Below, piece by piece: positions 32,589 through 43,300 of a stretch of 64,000 nucleotides of DNA. Location: positions 992,001-1,056,000 of the forward strand of contig CAVSGM010000002.1 in NCBI GenBank assembly GCA_963727485.1. Reading direction: 5' to 3'. The notes under the pieces were generated by a model. That model did no database searches, was not told the DNA's origin, and worked only from the letters and a program-made list of their open reading frames with translations. The stretch's first letter is position 1. Each line of letters starts with the position of its first letter. The translations under genes were made by a program, and so were the position numbers. Source of the DNA: an uncultured delta proteobacterium (lineage in GTDB: Bacteria > Myxococcota > Myxococcia > SLRQ01).

Positions 32589-33592
32589 CACGCCTCCTTC
32601 TTGGCGGGCCCGGCGAGGCGCGCGGCCATCGCCAGCGAGGCGATCATCGCCCCGGGCCGGGCCACCCCCTGCCCGGCGATGTCGAGGGCCGAGCCGTGAT
32701 CGGGGCTGGTCCGCGGGTGGGGCAGCCCCAGGGTCACGTTCACCGCCTCGTCGAAGTGCAGGGCCTTCACCGGCCCCAGGCCCTGGTCGTGGTACATGGC
32801 GATGACCACGTCGTGGTCCCCGCGCACCGCCCGGGCCATGGCGGCGTCGGCGGCCACCGGGCCCACCACGTCGAGCCCCTCCCGGGCGAGCCGCGCCACC
32901 GCCGGGGCGATGACCTCGGCGTCCTCGGAGCCGAAGTGCCCACCCTCCCCGGCGTGGGGGTTGAGGCCGCAGACCGCGATCCGGGGCCGGGGCACGGCGA
33001 ACCAGTCCCCCAGGGCCCGGTGGGCCAGCCGGGTCACCTCCACCACCCCGTCCTCGGTGACCGCGTCGGGGACCGCGCGCAGGGCGAGGTGGGTGGTCAC
33101 CAGGACCACCCGGAGCTTCGGGCCGGCGAGCATCATCGCCACCCGGGGCACCCCGAAGCGCGCCGCGAGGAGCTCGGTGTGCCCGGAGAAGGTCACCCCC
33201 AGGGAGGCGATGGCGCTCTTGGTCACCGGGGCGGTGGTCAGGGCCACCGCGTCCCCCCGGTGGAGCCCCTCGATCGCCGCCTCGAGGTAGGCGAGCTGGG
33301 CCCGGGCCGAGGCCTCGGTCCCCCCGCCCGCGGGCGCCGCCGCCTCGCCGAGGTCGGTGACCGGCACCAGGCCCCCGTCCGGGCCCGGGGGCGCCCCGTG
33401 GCCCAGGACCGCAAGCCCCGGGTCGACCCCGACCAGCGCCACCGCCCGGCGCCACACCGAGGGGTCGCCGTAGACCACCGGGGTGAGCACCGCCCGGATC
33501 GCCGGATCGGCCAGCGCCCGCACCGTGACCTCCGGCCCGATGCCGCAGGGATCGCCGAGGCTCACCGCCACCCGGGGCCGCGCGCCGCTCAT
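32588..33592 (-). CDS. pdxA: 4-hydroxythreonine-4-phosphate dehydrogenase
   Basis: GDPCGIGPEV, GHTE, GLNPHAGE, AMYHDQGL, RTSPDHGSA. Confidence 0.95.
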   Translation of the reverse strand: MSGARPRVAVSLGDPCGIGPEVTVRALADPAIRAVLTPVVYGDPSVWRRAVALVGVDPGLAVLGHGAPPGPDGGLVPVTDLGEAAAPAGGGTEASARAQLAYLEAAIEGLHRGDAVALTTAPVTKSAIASLGVTFSGHTELLAARFGVPRVAMMLAGPKLRVVLVTTHLALRAVPDAVTEDGVVEVTRLAHRALGDWFAVPRPRIAVCGLNPHAGEGGHFGSEDAEVIAPAVARLAREGLDVVGPVAADAAMARAVRGDHDVVIAMYHDQGLGPVKALHFDEAVNVTLGLPHPRTSPDHGSALDIAGQGVARPGAMIASLAMAARLAGPAKKEA

Positions 33593-34573
33593 CCCTTCAG
33601 GTCCTTGACCTTGACCTCGATCACCGCCTTGCGCCGGAGCGCCTCGAGGTAGCGGTGGGTCTCCTTCTGGAGCGCCTGCTGGGTGAGCACCTGGCGGGCC
33701 TGCTCCACCTTCTGCTTCTCGTCGGAGGAGGTCTTGAGGCGGGTGGCCTCGACCTGGATCACGTGCCAGCCGAAGCGGGTGCGCACCGGCCCGGTGACCT
33801 GCCCGGGCTTGGTGGCGTAGGCGGCCTTCTCGAAGGCGGGGAGCATGTCGCCCTTGCCGAACCAGCCCAGATCGCCGCCGTCCTTGGCGGTCCCGGGATC
33901 CTGGCTCGACCTCCCGGGCCACCTTGGCGAACTTCTCGCCGCCCCGGGTCACCCGCTGCATCGCCTTGACCGCCTTCTCCCGCGCCGCCTCGACCACCTT
34001 GGGGCTGGCACCCTTGGGCACCCGGATGAGGATGTGCCGGGCCCGGATCTCCATGGCCCCCTGGGCCTCGCCGTGCTGCTTGAGGTAGCTCTGGATGTCC
34101 TCGGCGCTCACGGTGATGCGCTCCTGGACCTCGGTGCGCATCAGCTTGTAGCGGGCGAGCTGCTTCTCCAGCCGCTTGCGGTAGCCCTTCCAGGTGAAGC
34201 CCTGGCCGGTGAGCGCCTGCTTGAACTGGTCGAGGGTCATCCCGTTCTGCTGGCGCACCTGCTCGATGGCCCGATCCACGTCGTCGGGGGTGACCTCGAT
34301 GTTCTTGGCCTCGAGCTCGCTCTGGATGAGCTGCTCGTCCTCGAGATCCTTCAGGGCCTGGCGCTCGGTGGCCCGGCGCTTGTCCGGGGTGGCGGTCCCG
34401 CCTGCGACCCGGTCGAGGATCTCCTGGGTGTGCTTCTCCACCTGGGAGAGGGTGATGACCTTGCCGTTGACCACCGCGGCGATGCGGTCGACGAGGACGT
34501 CGGCCCGGGCGGCGTGGGAGGCCCCGAGGGCGAGGACGGCAGCGAGGAGGAGGGACAGACGTCGCACGTTCAT
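33589..34573 (-). CDS. surA: SurA-like periplasmic chaperone/PPIase (+1 indel near 33907)
   Basis: VDRIAAVVNGKVITLS, ARHILI; corrected frame gives SQDPGTAKDGGDLGWF and PVRTRFGWHVI; directly upstream of pdxA. Confidence 0.85.
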
Positions 34574-35532
34574 CTCACTTTCGCGAGGGCCTTCTCGTCG
34601 ATGACGATGTGGGCCGACTTCTTGAGCTTCGCGAGGTAGGCATCCTGGGCCGCCTGCTCCTTCTGGCGGCGCAGCTCGCCTTCGATCTTCTGCTTCAGGG
34701 CGTCGTCGAGGTCCGGCTCCTGGGCCGCCTTGCGCTCGAGCACCTTGAAGAGGTGGTAGCCATAGGGGCTCTCCACGACCCCGGACAGACGCCCCACCGG
34801 CAGGGAGAAGCAGGCGTCGGCGATGGGCGCGGGCATCTGGTCGTGGGAGAACCAGCCGAGGTCGCCGCCCTTGGCCCCCTCGGGTCCCAGGGAGTACTTG
34901 CGGGCGAGGTCGGCGAACTTCTGGTGGTGCCTGAGCGCCTTGAGCAGGCGCCCCGCCTCCTCCTGGGTCTTCACCACGATCTGGAGGCAGTGGACCCGCG
35001 CCGGCTCCTGGTAGCGCTTGGGGTGGGCGTCGTAGGCCGCCTTGACCTCGGCGGCGGTGACCGCCACCCGGGCGTTGACCTGGTCGGCGAGGAGGTGGCG
35101 GATGACCAGCTGCCGGTGGATCTCCCGCTTGAGCTCCGAGAGGGGGATGCCCTTGTCGGCGAGGTAGGCCTCGAAGGAGTGGCCCGGGTAGTCGGCGCGC
35201 ATCCGGAGCAGCGCCCGCTGGACCTCGTCCTCGCCGGCGTCGATGTGGTGCTTGCGGGCCGCCTGGAGGAGCAGGGTCTGGTGGATGCGCTGGTCGAGGA
35301 AGCGCTGGCGGACCTTGTCGAGCTCCTGCTCCGAGCGCAGGGCGAGCGACCCCCCGTCGTCCTTGACCCGGGCGAGATCCCGGGCCACCTCGGCGGCGGT
35401 GATGGCCTCACCGTTCACCCGGGCCACCACCGGCGGCGCCGGCGGGGCCGGGGCCTTCTCCACCGAGCACCCGGCGAGGAGGATCGCCCCCGCCGCCAGG
35501 GGGCCGAGGACGCGGTGACCGAGACGAGGCAT
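34570..35532 (-). CDS. Parvulin-type PPIase lipoprotein
   Basis: LAG-C lipobox, VVARVNGEAIT, GGDLGWF, VESPYGYHLF. Confidence 0.9.
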   Translation of the reverse strand: MPRLGHRVLGPLAAGAILLAGCSVEKAPAPPAPPVVARVNGEAITAAEVARDLARVKDDGGSLALRSEQELDKVRQRFLDQRIHQTLLLQAARKHHIDAGEDEVQRALLRMRADYPGHSFEAYLADKGIPLSELKREIHRQLVIRHLLADQVNARVAVTAAEVKAAYDAHPKRYQEPARVHCLQIVVKTQEEAGRLLKALRHHQKFADLARKYSLGPEGAKGGDLGWFSHDQMPAPIADACFSLPVGRLSGVVESPYGYHLFKVLERKAAQEPDLDDALKQKIEGELRRQKEQAAQDAYLAKLKKSAHIVIDEKALAKVR

Positions 35533-36564
35533 CAGTGCCCGTGGGCGCCCATCGGCATCCCGTGAGGCGAGAGCATCCCCTGATGCCCGACGCCCGAGGT
35601 GCCGAGATCGACCTTCTTCAGCTCGTCGTCGTAGACCTTCACCCCGGTGTCCTTGCGCAGCTTGGCCACGAAGTCCTCGTAGCGCTGGCGCCGGTCGGTC
35701 TGGCGGATCCGGGCCTCGATGTTGGCCTTCACCTCGCCGAGGGTCCGGTTGAGGGGCGCCTCCCGGCCGGTGAGCCGGAGGATGTGGTAGCCCTTGGCCC
35801 CCTTCACCAGCCCGGAGATATCGCCCACCTTCTTCATGGCGAAGGCGGCCTCGGCCAGGGGCGCGCTCCACTTCTGGGTGAGCTCGGCCTTGGAGAGGTA
35901 GAGGAGGTCGCCGCCCACCGCCCGGGTGGCCACGTCGTCGCTCTTCTCCCGGGCGATGGTCTGGAAGGCCCGGGGATCGGCCTTCTGGGCGCGGACCTCC
36001 TTGAGGAGCTTCTCGGCCTGCTTCCGGGCGGCGGCCACGCTCTTGGCGTCACCGCTCTTGAAGGCCACGAAGATGTGCGCCACCCGCACCCGCTCGGGCT
36101 TCACGTAGTCGGTCTTGTGGGCGTCGTAGAAGGCCTTGAGCTTGGGCAGCGGAGATCGGCTGATCCTGGCCGGGCCGGAACTGCTTGGCGATGAGCTTCT
36201 GCACCATGACCTTCTTGAGGGTCTCCTGGACGTCGGGGTCCTGGTCCAGGCCCTCCTTCTTCGCCTCCTGCGCCAACAGCTCGAAGCGGATCATGTTGTC
36301 GAGGAACTCCTTCTTGCGCGCCACCGTGTTGTAGCGGGCCCGGAGGAACGGGCTCTGGCGGTCGAGGGCCTTGCGGAACTGCGCCACGGTGATGACGTCG
36401 CTGCCCACCTTGGCCAGGGGCGTGCCCTTGGCCGGCGTGGCGGCGGTGGTGGCGCCGCTGGTGGTGCTGGTGCCGGCCGCCGAGGAGCCGGCCTTCTGGC
36501 AGGCGGGGACGGCGAGGAGGAGCGCGAGGGGGAGGAGGCGCGAGGCGAAGGACCTGGCAGGCAT
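35532..36564 (-). CDS. Parvulin-type PPIase lipoprotein (+1 indel near 36142)
   Basis: VPA-C lipobox, LAKVGSDVIT, KPERVRVAHI, GGDL, GYHIL; the two ORF halves join after removing one base. Confidence 0.85.
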
Positions 36565-36682
36565 GTCTGGCTCCGTGATTGGGGGGCGTCCGGGGGGCCT
36601 CAACCGCCGGCGAAAGCGTGATGTTCCCGGGGCTTGGAGGGCCCTTTACAGCACAGGCCCGCAGGCCGGGCAAGCGGCCCGG

Positions 36683-36729
36683 CGGCCCGCCCGACGGCCC
36701 GCCCGACGGCCCGCCCGACGGCCCGCCCG
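36683..36729. repeat. 12-bp tandem repeat (CGGCCCGCCCGA) x ~3.9
   Basis: Three exact copies plus 11 nt of a fourth, in the gap between mfd and the PPIase gene. Confidence 0.9.
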
Positions 36730-36740
36730 GGGACCCGCCC

Positions 36741-39700
36741 TCAGCCCGGCTCGGCGCAGGCCTCGAGCTCGTCGAGGAGGTGGCGGGCGGCGCCGAGGTA
36801 CTCGGCCCCGGCGATCCCCCGGGGCAGGGTGTTGACCAGCTTGAGCTCGGGGGTCATCCGCAGCCGCCCGGTCGCCTGGGCCGCGGCCACCCGCTCGGCG
36901 AGCCTCAGCCCGTCGAGGCGCGCGTCCTGGCCCAGGGTGACCACCAGCCGCCCGGGCCCGGCGTCCAGGGCCCGGAGCCGCAGGACGGCGAGGCGCTGCT
37001 TGACCGCCATCAGCTCCAGGAGGTGGTCCACCTCCTCGGGCACCTGGCCGAAGCGATCCACCAGCTCCACCCGCAGGTCCTCGAGGTCGGCCTGGCCCTC
37101 GGCGTGGGAGAAGCGCTTGTAGAGGTCGAGGCGCTGGTGGACGTCGGGGACGTAGTCGTCGGGGATGAACGCCGGGACCGGGAGGTTGACCTCGGGCTCG
37201 TAGACCTCCCGGGGCGGCTCGCCCTTGAGCTCGGCCACCGCGTCCTCGAGCATCTGGGCGTAGAGGTCGAAGCCCACCGCGGCCAGCGTCCCGCTCTGCT
37301 CCTTGCCCAGGAGGCTCCCGGCCCCGCGCAGCTCCAGGTCGTGGCTCGCCAGGCGCAGCCCCGAGCCCAGCTCGGTGAGCTGCTGGAGCACCGAGAGCCG
37401 CTGGCGCGCCTCCCGGGTGATGGGCCGGCGCGCCGGGACCAGCAGGTAGCAGTAGGCCCGCTCGGCGCTGCGCCCCACCCGCCCCCGGAGCTGGTAGAGC
37501 TGGGCGAGGCCGAACATGTCCGCCCGGTCGATGATGATGGTGTTCACCGTGGGGATGTCCAGGCCCGACTCGATGATGGCGCTGGAGAGCAGCACGTCCG
37601 CCTCCCGGGAGACGAAGGCCTGCATCGCCCGCTCCAGGTGGTGCTCGGGCATCTGCCCGTGGGCCACCACCATCCTGAGGTCCGGCATCAGCCGCTTCAG
37701 GTAGCGGGCCACCCCGCCGATGGACTGCACCCGGTTGTGGACCACGAACACCTGCCCGCCCCGGGCGAGCTCCCGCTCGATGGCCTCCTGGATCACCGCC
37801 CCGTCGAAGCGGGCGACGAAGGTCCGCACCGCCCGCCGGTCCTGGGGCGCGGTGGCGATGATCGACAGATCGCGGATCCCCGAGAGCGAGAGGTGGAGGG
37901 TCCGGGGGATGGGGGTGGCGGTGAGGGTGAGGACGTCGACCTGGCGCCGGAGCTTCTTGAGGGCCTCCTTCTGCTTCACCCCGAAGCGCTGCTCCTCGTC
38001 GACCACCAGGAGCCCCAGGTCGTGGAAGCTCACGTCCCGGGAGAGCAGCCGGTGGGTGCCGATGAGGATGTCGACCTTCCCCTCGGCGACGCGCCCCAGC
38101 ACCGCCTTCACCTCCCGGGGAGAGCGGAAGCGCGAGAGGCTCTCCACGGTCACCGGGTAGCCGGCGAACCGGGCGGCGAAGGTGCGCGCGTGCTGCACCG
38201 CCAGCACCGTGGTGGGCACCAGCACCGCCACCTGCTTCCCGTCCTGGACGGCCTTCATCGCCGCCCGCATCGCCACCTCGGTCTTGCCGAAGCCCACGTC
38301 GCCGCAGACCAGGCGGTCCATGGGCTCGGGCCGCTGCATGTCGGCCAGGGTGGCCTCGATGGCCTCGGCCTGGTCGGTGGTCTCCTCGTAGGGGAACTCG
38401 GCCTCGAACTCCCGGAAGTAGGCGTCCGGCGCCGAGAACGCCGTCCCCGGGTGGGCCTTGCGGGCGGCGTAGATGTCGAGGAGCTCGGCGGCCATCTTCA
38501 GCAGCTCCTCCTTCACCTTCTTCTTGCGGACGGCGAAGGCCTGGCTCCCGAGGCGGTCGAGGCGCACGTGCGCCGGGTCGCCGCCCACGTACTTCTGCAC
38601 CTGCCCCAGGCGGTGGACCGGGAGGTAGATCTTGTCCTTGCCCGCGTACTCGACGACCAGGAAGTCGCCCTCGACGCCCCGGAGGTTCAGGCGGGTGAGC
38701 CCGGCGTAGCGGCCGATGCCGTGCTCCACGTGGACCACCAGGTCGCCCTCGGAGAGCTCCCGGAAGGCGCTGGCCAGGGCCGCCTCGTCGGTGATCCGGC
38801 GCGCCCCACGCCGCCGCCGCCGCGTGGGCGGCGCCCCGAGGACGTCGGCCTCCGCGAGGAGCACCACCTGGCTCGACGGATCCACGAAGCCGGTGTCGAG
38901 GTCGCCCACCACCAGGTGCGCCCCCACCGCCGGGTCGTAGAGCTCGGCGGCGCGGGTGAGGTCCGGGAGGGGATCGTGGCGGCGCACCATCACCCGGCGG
39001 TCCATGAGGAGGCGGGCGACGCGGTCGGCCTGCCCGGCGCTGGCGCAGGCGAGGACCGAGCTCAGCCCCCGCTCCCGCCACTCGGCGAGGTGGTGGACCA
39101 GGGGGGTCAGCGCCCCGTCCTCGCCGTGGTGGTCGAGGATCTCCTGGCGGAGGAACGCGGTGGGGGCGAGGTTCAGGGCCAGGGACCGGGTCGCGGCCCC
39201 CTCGACCAGGAGCGGGGCGTGGGCCACCACCGGCACCGTCGCCAGCACCTCCAGCGCCGCCTCGGGATCGAGGTAGTGGCGCCCGGCGGGGAAGGCGAGC
39301 TCGCCCCGCCCCCGCGCCGCCTCGAACTCGTCCTCGGCCCGCTCGAAGAGCCCGCCCACCGCCTCGGCCACCGCCTCGGGATCCTCGACGTAGGCCAGCC
39401 GCACCCCCTCGAGGTAGTCGGCCAGCGGCGAGAGGGGCACGTCGAAGAACCCGGGGAGCAGCGCCTCCACCCCGAACGCCGCCCGCCCCTGCTCGATGTC
39501 GTCGACCAGGCTGCGCAGCTGGCGGGTGGGGCGGCCCACCTCGGCGGCGAGCTCCCGGGCGGCCAGGGTGGCGAGGCGGATGGTCTCGGGAGTGAACAGG
39601 GTCTCCCGCGCCGGGGCCAGGTGGAGGCGCGCGGTCTCGCCGGTGGTCCGCTGGGTCTCGGGATCGAAGAAGCGGATGGACTCGATCTCGTCGCCGAAGA

Positions 39701-40328
39701 GCTCGAGGCGCGCCGGGGCGTCGTAGAGGGGGCTGAACACGTCCACCAGGCCCCCGCGGACGCTGAAGGTCCCCGGGTCCTCCACCAGCGGCACGTGCTG
39801 GTAGCCGGCCAGCGCCAGGTCCCGGGCGAGCTGGTCCCGGTCGCAGGCCCCCCCGGCGGCGACCGAGTGCCCGTGGGCGTCGATCGACCCCACCGGGAGG
39901 AGGCGCTGGGCCAGGCCCCGGGCCCCCACCACCACCGCGCGCATGCCCTCGCCCCGGCGCAGATGGAAGAGGGCCCCGAGGCGGGCGAGCACCGTGCCCC
40001 GGTCCGGCGAGAGGTCGTCGTAGGGGAGGATCTCGTCGGCGGGGAGCCGGACCACCTGGGGGTCGTCGCCGGCCGGGGGGCCGAGGGCGCCGGCGAGGAG
40101 GACCTCGAGATCGGCGGCGAGGCGGTCGGCGCGCTTCTCGTCGGGGGCCACCACCAGCGCCGGGCCCGCCCCCTCGCGGATCAGCCCGGCGAGGACGAAG
40201 GGCCCCGCGACCCCGGGGAGCCCGGCGAGATCGAGGCGGTCGCCGGGACCGAGCCCCTCGAGGTGGGCGCGCACCCGCGCCAGGGTCGGCTCGGCGTCAG
40301 GCGCCGCGGCTGTTCGGCGGCCGGGCAT
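36741..40328 (-). CDS. mfd: Transcription-repair coupling factor
   Basis: UvrB-like N-terminus, CarD/RID (GDLVVHVEHGIGRY), MDRLVCGDVGFGKTEVA, DEEQRFGV, TATPIPRTL, QLRGRVGRS, DLELRGAG. Confidence 0.98.
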   Translation of the reverse strand: MPGRRTAAAPDAEPTLARVRAHLEGLGPGDRLDLAGLPGVAGPFVLAGLIREGAGPALVVAPDEKRADRLAADLEVLLAGALGPPAGDDPQVVRLPADEILPYDDLSPDRGTVLARLGALFHLRRGEGMRAVVVGARGLAQRLLPVGSIDAHGHSVAAGGACDRDQLARDLALAGYQHVPLVEDPGTFSVRGGLVDVFSPLYDAPARLELFGDEIESIRFFDPETQRTTGETARLHLAPARETLFTPETIRLATLAARELAAEVGRPTRQLRSLVDDIEQGRAAFGVEALLPGFFDVPLSPLADYLEGVRLAYVEDPEAVAEAVGGLFERAEDEFEAARGRGELAFPAGRHYLDPEAALEVLATVPVVAHAPLLVEGAATRSLALNLAPTAFLRQEILDHHGEDGALTPLVHHLAEWRERGLSSVLACASAGQADRVARLLMDRRVMVRRHDPLPDLTRAAELYDPAVGAHLVVGDLDTGFVDPSSQVVLLAEADVLGAPPTRRRRRGARRITDEAALASAFRELSEGDLVVHVEHGIGRYAGLTRLNLRGVEGDFLVVEYAGKDKIYLPVHRLGQVQKYVGGDPAHVRLDRLGSQAFAVRKKKVKEELLKMAAELLDIYAARKAHPGTAFSAPDAYFREFEAEFPYEETTDQAEAIEATLADMQRPEPMDRLVCGDVGFGKTEVAMRAAMKAVQDGKQVAVLVPTTVLAVQHARTFAARFAGYPVTVESLSRFRSPREVKAVLGRVAEGKVDILIGTHRLLSRDVSFHDLGLLVVDEEQRFGVKQKEALKKLRRQVDVLTLTATPIPRTLHLSLSGIRDLSIIATAPQDRRAVRTFVARFDGAVIQEAIERELARGGQVFVVHNRVQSIGGVARYLKRLMPDLRMVVAHGQMPEHHLERAMQAFVSREADVLLSSAIIESGLDIPTVNTIIIDRADMFGLAQLYQLRGRVGRSAERAYCYLLVPARRPITREARQRLSVLQQLTELGSGLRLASHDLELRGAGSLLGKEQSGTLAAVGFDLYAQMLEDAVAELKGEPPREVYEPEVNLPVPAFIPDDYVPDVHQRLDLYKRFSHAEGQADLEDLRVELVDRFGQVPEEVDHLLELMAVKQRLAVLRLRALDAGPGRLVVTLGQDARLDGLRLAERVAAAQATGRLRMTPELKLVNTLPRGIAGAEYLGAARHLLDELEACAEPG

Positions 40329-40399
40329 GGGAGGCCGAGACGTAGGGCCGAGCCGGGCGCCCTGTCAATCGCCCCGGGCCGGTGCCCGAGGCCCAGGCG

Positions 40400-43300
40400 C
40401 TACGGGGCGGTGACCGAGTACACCCCGTTCTCGGTGGCGTAGTAGAGGATCCGGCCGCGTCCGTTCCCCTCGTCGAGGACGACCGCGTGGCTGTCGCCGC
40501 CGATGGAGCCCAGGCCCGCCTCGTTCTGGGGGATGAGGACGAAGTCGTCCACGTCCGACTTGTAACGGATCAGCCCCCCCTGGGTGGCGAACCAGGCGTC
40601 GGCGGCGGCCGGATCGGAGGCCCCGCCCCGCACATGCTTGGGGGCGTTGGACGAAAACGTGTGCTGGACGCCGCTCGCCGGGTTCCCCACGTCGGCGATC
40701 AGGATGAACCCGTTTCCATCCGTGCCCAGGAGCATCTCGTCGGCCCCCGAAGCGCCGGTGAAGCCCACCGCGGACCGGACCTTGTCGTCGCCGGAGAGGT
40801 AGCTGTACACCGTGTTGCCGTTGACCGCGGGCGGCACCGGGGTACGGACGACGCCGTCCGGGGAGCTGTCGTGGCTGGCGACCCACAGCTGGGAGGTGGT
40901 GTCGAGGGCGACCGCGGAGAGATCGTGGTCGGGGGTGAGGCTGCCAATCTCGTACTCGGTGAAGCTGTCGTTGCCCGGATCCAGGGCAAAGAGATCGGCG
41001 TCGGTGGCCAGGTAGATGGAGCTGCCGACGACCACCGCGTCCCGGGTCTTCGAGGGGCTGGTGCCGGTCGCGGCCGTGGGGGATCCGGTGTCGCCCAGGT
41101 TGCAGTGGTCGAAGGCCGCCCCCTCCCAATAGGCCGTGATCTGGTCCACCTCGGGACCGTCGTCGTAGGCGAGCCAGAAGTGGCTACCGTCGAAGAACGG
41201 TGCCCGGCCGTTGCTCTTGTTGAGGCAGGGGAGCTGCTGGGTGTCGCCGCCGTGGTGGAACATCTGCCCGCCCCCGCCCTGGGTGGCGATCAGGACGTTG
41301 CCGTTGCCGGGGTCGAGGGCCAGGCCGCGGCTCTTGGCGGCGCTGGTGGTGTTGCGGTAGGGCAGCGCGGCGAAGGCCTCCACGGTGACGCTGGCGGTGG
41401 CGGTGTAGGTCTGGCTCACCGTGGGATCGGTGATGGTCAAGGTGAAGGTGTAGGTCTGGGGATCGTCGCTGTAGAAGTGGACCGCCGTCGGTGGCCCGGT
41501 CTGGTTGACCGAGCCCGCGAAGCTCCCCCAGGGCTCGAACCCGCCTCGGGCCGGCGCCGGGCTCACGGTGTAGCTGACGCTGAGCTGGCGGTTGCAGCTC
41601 GTCGTTCCGGCCGGCGAGAGGCGCACGGTGTCCCAGGGCAGGACGTGGCTGGAGCCGGCCACCGGGCCGATGGCGGCGAGGCTGGCGCTGACGGTGCAGC
41701 TGCTGACGGTGAAGCTGCTGCTGGTGGTGTTGGGCAGTCCGCTGCTGCTGGCCACCAGGGTGTAGGTGCCGGCGGTGTCCACGGTGAGATCGGAGAAGGT
41801 GGCGACGCCGCCCGAGGCGTTGGCGGGGACCGTGCCCGAGAGGATCGCGCCCCCGGCTCCGGGGCCGAGGGCCACGTTGATGCTCGCGGTCGACGTGGTG
41901 ACCAGGTTGCCGTGGGCGTCGCGCACCGAGACCTTCACCGCCGGGGTGATGCGGCCCTTGACGAAGGTGTTGGCCGGCTGGACGTCGAAGGCCAGCGCCG
42001 CCGGCGGCCCCGGGGTCACGGTGAAGGTGGTGCTGCCGCTGGCGCCGGCGACCGAGGCCTGGACGCTGGCGGTCCCGGCGGTGGTGCAGGGCCCGACGTC
42101 GAAGGCGAGCTGGCCCCCGGTGGTGGTCTGGGGGGTGGTGACCTGGCAGCCCGGGCTCGCCGAGACGGTCACCGAGGTGCCGTCGGCGATGGCGTTGCCC
42201 TGGGCGTCGGTGATGACGCCGCTGGTCACGTGGGTGGTGCTGCTGCCGTCGGCGCTCACCGAGCCCGGGGCGGCGGTGAGGCTGATGGTGCCGGTGGCCG
42301 GCCCGGGGTTCAGGGAGACGACGACGGTGCCGAGCTGGGTCCCCGGGAGGTTGTCGGCCACGACGGTCATGGTGCCGGCGATGGTGCCCGCGGTCACCGG
42401 GAAGGAGATCTTCCCCTGGGCGTCGACCTTCACCTGGATCCCGGAGACCCCGCCGTCGGTGTCCACCGAGGTGGCGATGGTGCCGCCGCTGGCGGCGACG
42501 GTGATCTCGGTGTTCGGGGCGACCTGGTTGCCGCAGGTGTCGAGGATCGTGCCGCTGGTGACGGTGGTCTGGGAGCTGCCGTCGGCGGTGAGGCTCGAGG
42601 GCGAGGCGGTGAGGGTCACCGGCGCCGCGGGCTCGGGGGTGGCCATGTTCACCGTGGTGGTCCCGGTGGCGGTCCCGGTCACCGAGGTGGCGGTGACGTG
42701 TGCGGTGCCGGCGCTGCCCGCGGCGGTGAGGGTGAAGCTGATGTTGCCGCCGGTGGTGCGCACCTGGATCCCGGGGCGGCCGGCGTCCTGGTCCTGGGCG
42801 GCGGGGATGGTGCCGAGGTCGGTGGACACCGTGACCTCGGTGCCGTCGGCCACCTTGTTGTTGTTCTGGTCCTTGATCGGCACCGCGGTGGACACGGTGG
42901 ACGAGGCCCCACACCCGGCCGGGAGGCTGGTGGGGCTCGCCGCCAGCGAGATGGTCCCGGACGGCGGACCGGGATCGAGCTGCACCGAGGCGGTGTTGGG
43001 GAAGGGCGCCGAGCCGTCCACGGTGAAGCTGACGGTGGCGGTGCCCGCGGTGATCCCCGCCTGGAGGCTCTGGGTGTACTTGCCGCCGGCGGTGCCGGAC
43101 ACCGAGCCGATCATGCTCCCCAGGGTGGTGGAGATGACCACGGTGTGGCCGCTCAAGAGGTTGCCCGCGGCGTCCTTGAGGGTGACGGTGATCCCGTCGT
43201 GGGTGCTGCCGTCGGCGGGGATCGAGGCCTTGCTGGCGACGATGGTGCTCTGGGTGGTGCTCGGAGGCCCGGCCACGACGCTCACCGGCACCGTGGCGAC

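Noticed and set aside
32588..34573. Apparent SurA-PdxA fusion (661 aa)
   Set aside because: Caused by the +1 indel near 33907; the true SurA C-terminus is in the 33589-33846 frame and pdxA has its own ATG at 33592.
36683..36729. Possible CRISPR-like array
   Set aside because: The 12-bp units have no spacers and there are no cas genes; it is a simple tandem repeat.
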